Shown in pieces: positions 32,147 through 34,735 of a stretch of 34,735 bases of DNA. A program made the position numbers and the translations under genes. The notes under the pieces are model-generated. The model worked only from the letters and a program-made list of their open reading frames with translations. It ran no database searches and had not been told where the DNA came from. The stretch covers positions 1-34,735 of the forward strand of contig JBHLPB010000001.1 of assembly GCA_048939905.1 (NCBI GenBank), in the 5' to 3' direction. Every line of letters starts with the position of its first letter. The first letter of the stretch is position 1. The DNA comes from Promethearchaeota archaeon. Lineage in GTDB: Archaea > Asgardarchaeota > Thorarchaeia > Thorarchaeales > Thorarchaeaceae.

Positions 32147-32977
32147 TTGACTTCCTATGTTGCCCGCGTGTGCTATCTTGGAGGGAGATACCATGGATCA
32201 CAGTATCAGCCAGGACTTAACACCATACAGAGTGAACTGATTGAGGCCGTGAACAAGTGGAGCGGGCATTCTCATTCTACTCAGACAATTCAACTCGCAG
32301 GAAGGACGGATCGGGGTGTCCACAGCATAGGTCAGATTGTCCAAATCGTCACTGAGAAGAGCCTGGACATAGATAGAATCAACAGACACCTCCCATGGGA
32401 CATCACACTCTGGGCGTATGCACCAGCCCCAATTAACTTCCGACCACGATTCGATGCGCTCATGCGCCATTACAGATACTACTTTGATACCGCCTTGTCG
32501 ACCCTTGATATACCACCCATGCGTCGCTCATTGCAGCTCATCCTAGGTTCTCATAACTTTCACCAACTCGCAAAACCAGATGGAAACCGGCCAACTACAG
32601 CAACAATTCTCAATGCATGCTTGATTGAACACAATGGGACACTCGTGTTAGACCTATTCGGAACCAATTTCCTGTGGAAACTCGTACGAAAGACGGTGTC
32701 CTTACTGCAGGAGATTGGAGAAGGGAAATCGAGCCCTTCTCTTACAGCTGATATCCTCTCGGGACAAAGTGCGATTCCTAGTGGGATTAGACCAGCACCA
32801 CCTGAGAACCTTGTGCTGGTGGAAACTGTCGTTTCATTGCGGATGAAACCCAGTGAATTTGCCATAAAGAGAATCCACAAGCATATTGGTGACCATCTGA
32901 GATTCCTTGACAGGTTCAAGCTGACGCTTGCAGCTGTCAACAACGACTATCTCTCTAGTCTAAGAGACTTCCCTTGA
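32147..32977 (+). CDS. truA: tRNA pseudouridine(38-40) synthase TruA/Pus1-like
   Basis: RVCYLGGRYHGSQYQPG and the catalytic-Asp motif LAGRTDRGVHSIGQIV. TTG 32147 (giving MTSYVARVCYLGG) is the preferred start. The track ORF from 32027 would overlap the ArsR-like gene. Confidence 0.8.
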   Translation: MTSYVARVCYLGGRYHGSQYQPGLNTIQSELIEAVNKWSGHSHSTQTIQLAGRTDRGVHSIGQIVQIVTEKSLDIDRINRHLPWDITLWAYAPAPINFRPRFDALMRHYRYYFDTALSTLDIPPMRRSLQLILGSHNFHQLAKPDGNRPTTATILNACLIEHNGTLVLDLFGTNFLWKLVRKTVSLLQEIGEGKSSPSLTADILSGQSAIPSGIRPAPPENLVLVETVVSLRMKPSEFAIKRIHKHIGDHLRFLDRFKLTLAAVNNDYLSSLRDFP

Positions 32978-34157
32978 CCCCAAGCCAATTGGAGAAGGTC
33001 TTTCTTAATCCTGGGCTGCGCCTGACAATCTCGGCCATAGCGTTCCCGTATGTACGAATAGCTCTATCCCTTGAAACCATTGCGACTGTTGATAAGGCTG
33101 CGAGGAGGTCCTTCTGCTTATCGCGTGTCCTCTTACCCTGCCACATCAGCAGTGGCCATGCCGGTCTAGAGTACTGAACATTCCGGTAGGGCGTATCTGT
33201 TCTGCTTGTAGCAATCCCGGCGGACAAGAAGTCATAGACATATGCGAGCAGCTTCCAGTTCTGCCCTCTAATGATTCTTCCCAAGGACAGGTCTGCCAAG
33301 GAGAGAAACTCCAATCCAAGCTCCAGCTCTCTTGGAGTCAATAAGTGGAGTTGAACGTTCTCTTCAAGCCACAGCAACAGCTCTCTGTGATCCACATCCA
33401 ACTCAGAAATTACTTGTCTGGCCGCACTAGGGTCTGTTGTCATGAAGAGGCGACGGAAGACCTCTTCTACATCACGCCGAATGTCTCTGGATGACAGTAT
33501 TTCTTCCGGTAGATGCTCTCCTATCAAGACAGTTTCAAGGTCTGAGATCGCTGCACGAAGGTCACCACCAGACTGTTCCACAATCTCCTCCATTTTGTCC
33601 TCGGCCAACTCAGCTCCCTGTGTGGCCACAATCTTTCTCAACACATCTAGCATATGCTTAGGTTCAATAGAGCCAAAGGTGAACACCTTGCATCTCTTGA
33701 CCAAGCTGCGTAGACGTGGACTATGAGGGTCATTTGCAGTCATTACAATTGGGTGGCCAGTTTCATCTATAATCTTCAGGATAGCATTGACTCCGCCCCT
33801 GTCACTGGTACCTGACAGACCATCAACCTCATCCAAAAGGATAATTCGAAGGCGTCCATTCAGTGTCTGCTGAGTTGCCGCTTTCCATACATGATTCTCT
33901 ATGACGCCCTTGTTTCGCTTGTCACTGGAGTTGAATTCCACGAGCTCGAGATCGTAGTCCCGGGAGAGAGCACCGATGGATGCTGTCTTTCCAACTCCAG
34001 GCGGACCAATCAATAATACTGCCTTGACACTAGGCGTTCCTTTGACCCAAGACTCTATCCAATCTCTGAGCCCCTTGACTGATGCTGTGTTACCAACCAC
34101 CTCTTTCAGAGACTCTGGCCTATACCTCTCCGGCCAAGGAAGATTGTCATTCCTCAT
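32955..34157 (-). CDS. rfcL: replication factor C, large subunit
   Basis: 400 aa. PWPERYRPESLKEVVGN, Walker A LLIGPPGVGKTA, DEVD-type Walker B ILLDEVDGL, SRC-like region. ATGA overlap with the upstream rfcS stop. Confidence 0.9.
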   Translation of the reverse strand: MRNDNLPWPERYRPESLKEVVGNTASVKGLRDWIESWVKGTPSVKAVLLIGPPGVGKTASIGALSRDYDLELVEFNSSDKRNKGVIENHVWKAATQQTLNGRLRIILLDEVDGLSGTSDRGGVNAILKIIDETGHPIVMTANDPHSPRLRSLVKRCKVFTFGSIEPKHMLDVLRKIVATQGAELAEDKMEEIVEQSGGDLRAAISDLETVLIGEHLPEEILSSRDIRRDVEEVFRRLFMTTDPSAARQVISELDVDHRELLLWLEENVQLHLLTPRELELGLEFLSLADLSLGRIIRGQNWKLLAYVYDFLSAGIATSRTDTPYRNVQYSRPAWPLLMWQGKRTRDKQKDLLAALSTVAMVSRDRAIRTYGNAMAEIVRRSPGLRKTFSNWLGVKGSLLD

Positions 34158-34735
34158 AGCTGACTCTGCTCCAGTCCGATATATGCTAGAAGTGCGGATA
34201 TCTGAATCTCACCACTAGCTCCCTCTCCTATTCGGAATTCAACCTCCGCAGTCTTTTCTAGAATCGCCATCTTTTCTGACACTGAAATCTCCATTCGCAG
34301 CACCTCTCGGTGCATCTGTCTGGCCAGATCTACCGGAGAAACTCCTTGTTGATAGATCAAGCTTCTGAGCGTTTCAAGTGACGTTTCATAGTTTCCTTCA
34401 TTTGCAAGGTCCAACATGTCTCTGATTGCCTTTGGATTAGCTTTTCCTGCTATGGCGTAAACCACTGTTTCCGTAACCTTATCTCCGGTCGAAGAGGCCG
34501 CCTGCAGGAGATTGATTGCAGCTCTCATATCCCCTTCTGCAAGATACAGGATGGCATCCTTTCCGGTTGCATCAAGAGCTACCTTCTCTTTCTTTGCAAT
34601 GAACTGGACCCTTCCCCCGATTGCATCACTGTCCAGACGCGGAAACCTGAATATTGCACACCTTGACTGGATTGGAGGAATGATTCTACTGGAATAGTTG
34701 CAGATCAGAATCATTCTACAGGACGCTGCATATGA
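34154..34735 (-). CDS. rfcS: replication factor C, small subunit, C-terminal ~190 aa (5' end outside window)
   Basis: The frame stays open to the window end (SYAASCR precedes the listed Met). ILICNYSSRIIPPIQSRCAIFRF is the RFC small-subunit sensor-1/SRC region; the helical lid and collar domains follow. Confidence 0.9.
   Translation of the reverse strand, partial: SYAASCRMILICNYSSRIIPPIQSRCAIFRFPRLDSDAIGGRVQFIAKKEKVALDATGKDAILYLAEGDMRAAINLLQAASSTGDKVTETVVYAIAGKANPKAIRDMLDLANEGNYETSLETLRSLIYQQGVSPVDLARQMHREVLRMEISVSEKMAILEKTAEVEFRIGEGASGEIQISALLAYIGLEQSQL

Noticed and set aside
32668-32681. Mini-ORB-like TTTCCTGTGGAAAC
   Set aside because: It lies inside the truA coding sequence with no G-tract and no partner element, so it is probably a chance match.
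1-34735. CRISPR arrays, rRNA genes, IS elements or transposases, long tandem repeats
   Set aside because: I scanned the intergenic regions and ORF translations and saw no regularly spaced direct repeats, no rRNA-like segments, and no DDE/HUH/tyrosine-recombinase-like ORFs.

Overview
Archaeal chromosomal window, shown by TFB, Orc1/Cdc6, RFC large and small subunits, uS10, isopentenyl phosphate kinase and CCA-encoding tRNAs. An Rpb8/Rpo8-like ORF hints at a TACK/Asgard-type lineage; the sequence alone does not resolve it further. I can support about 30 CDS and 2 tRNAs, densely packed on both strands. I saw no rRNA, CRISPR array, transposase or integrase. Left third (1-16.4 kb) is housekeeping and metabolism: hypF 3' part, an SxxK serine hydrolase, iorAB, a split eukaryote-like LKR + SDH saccharopine pair, a SufS-like protein lacking the PLP lysine, glmS, rps10 and IPK. 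The 756-bp gap between iorA and the LKR gene carries what I read as a replication origin: two inverted origin-recognition-box (ORB) elements around an AT-richer spacer, flanked by copies of a CACGTG-centred palindrome. A third near-identical ORB lies 4 kb away. Middle (16.4-29.4 kb) is the most unusual part, an envelope/translocation-type cluster. It holds a 1257-aa membrane-anchored HerA/FtsK-superfamily ATPase, two large sequon-rich Ig-repeat surface proteins, and a minus-strand run of divergent TFB paralog, PilB/FlaI/VirB11-family ATPase and Flp-like prepilin with no platform protein. It also holds a polytopic GT-C-like membrane protein and a tRNA-Glu with an insertion between acceptor stem and D-arm. 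Right end: an orphan korA, tRNA-Gly, orc1/cdc6, a small wHTH regulator, truA, rfcL and rfcS (5' part outside the window). All calls rest on by-eye motif reading of the supplied translations and DNA; no searches were run.
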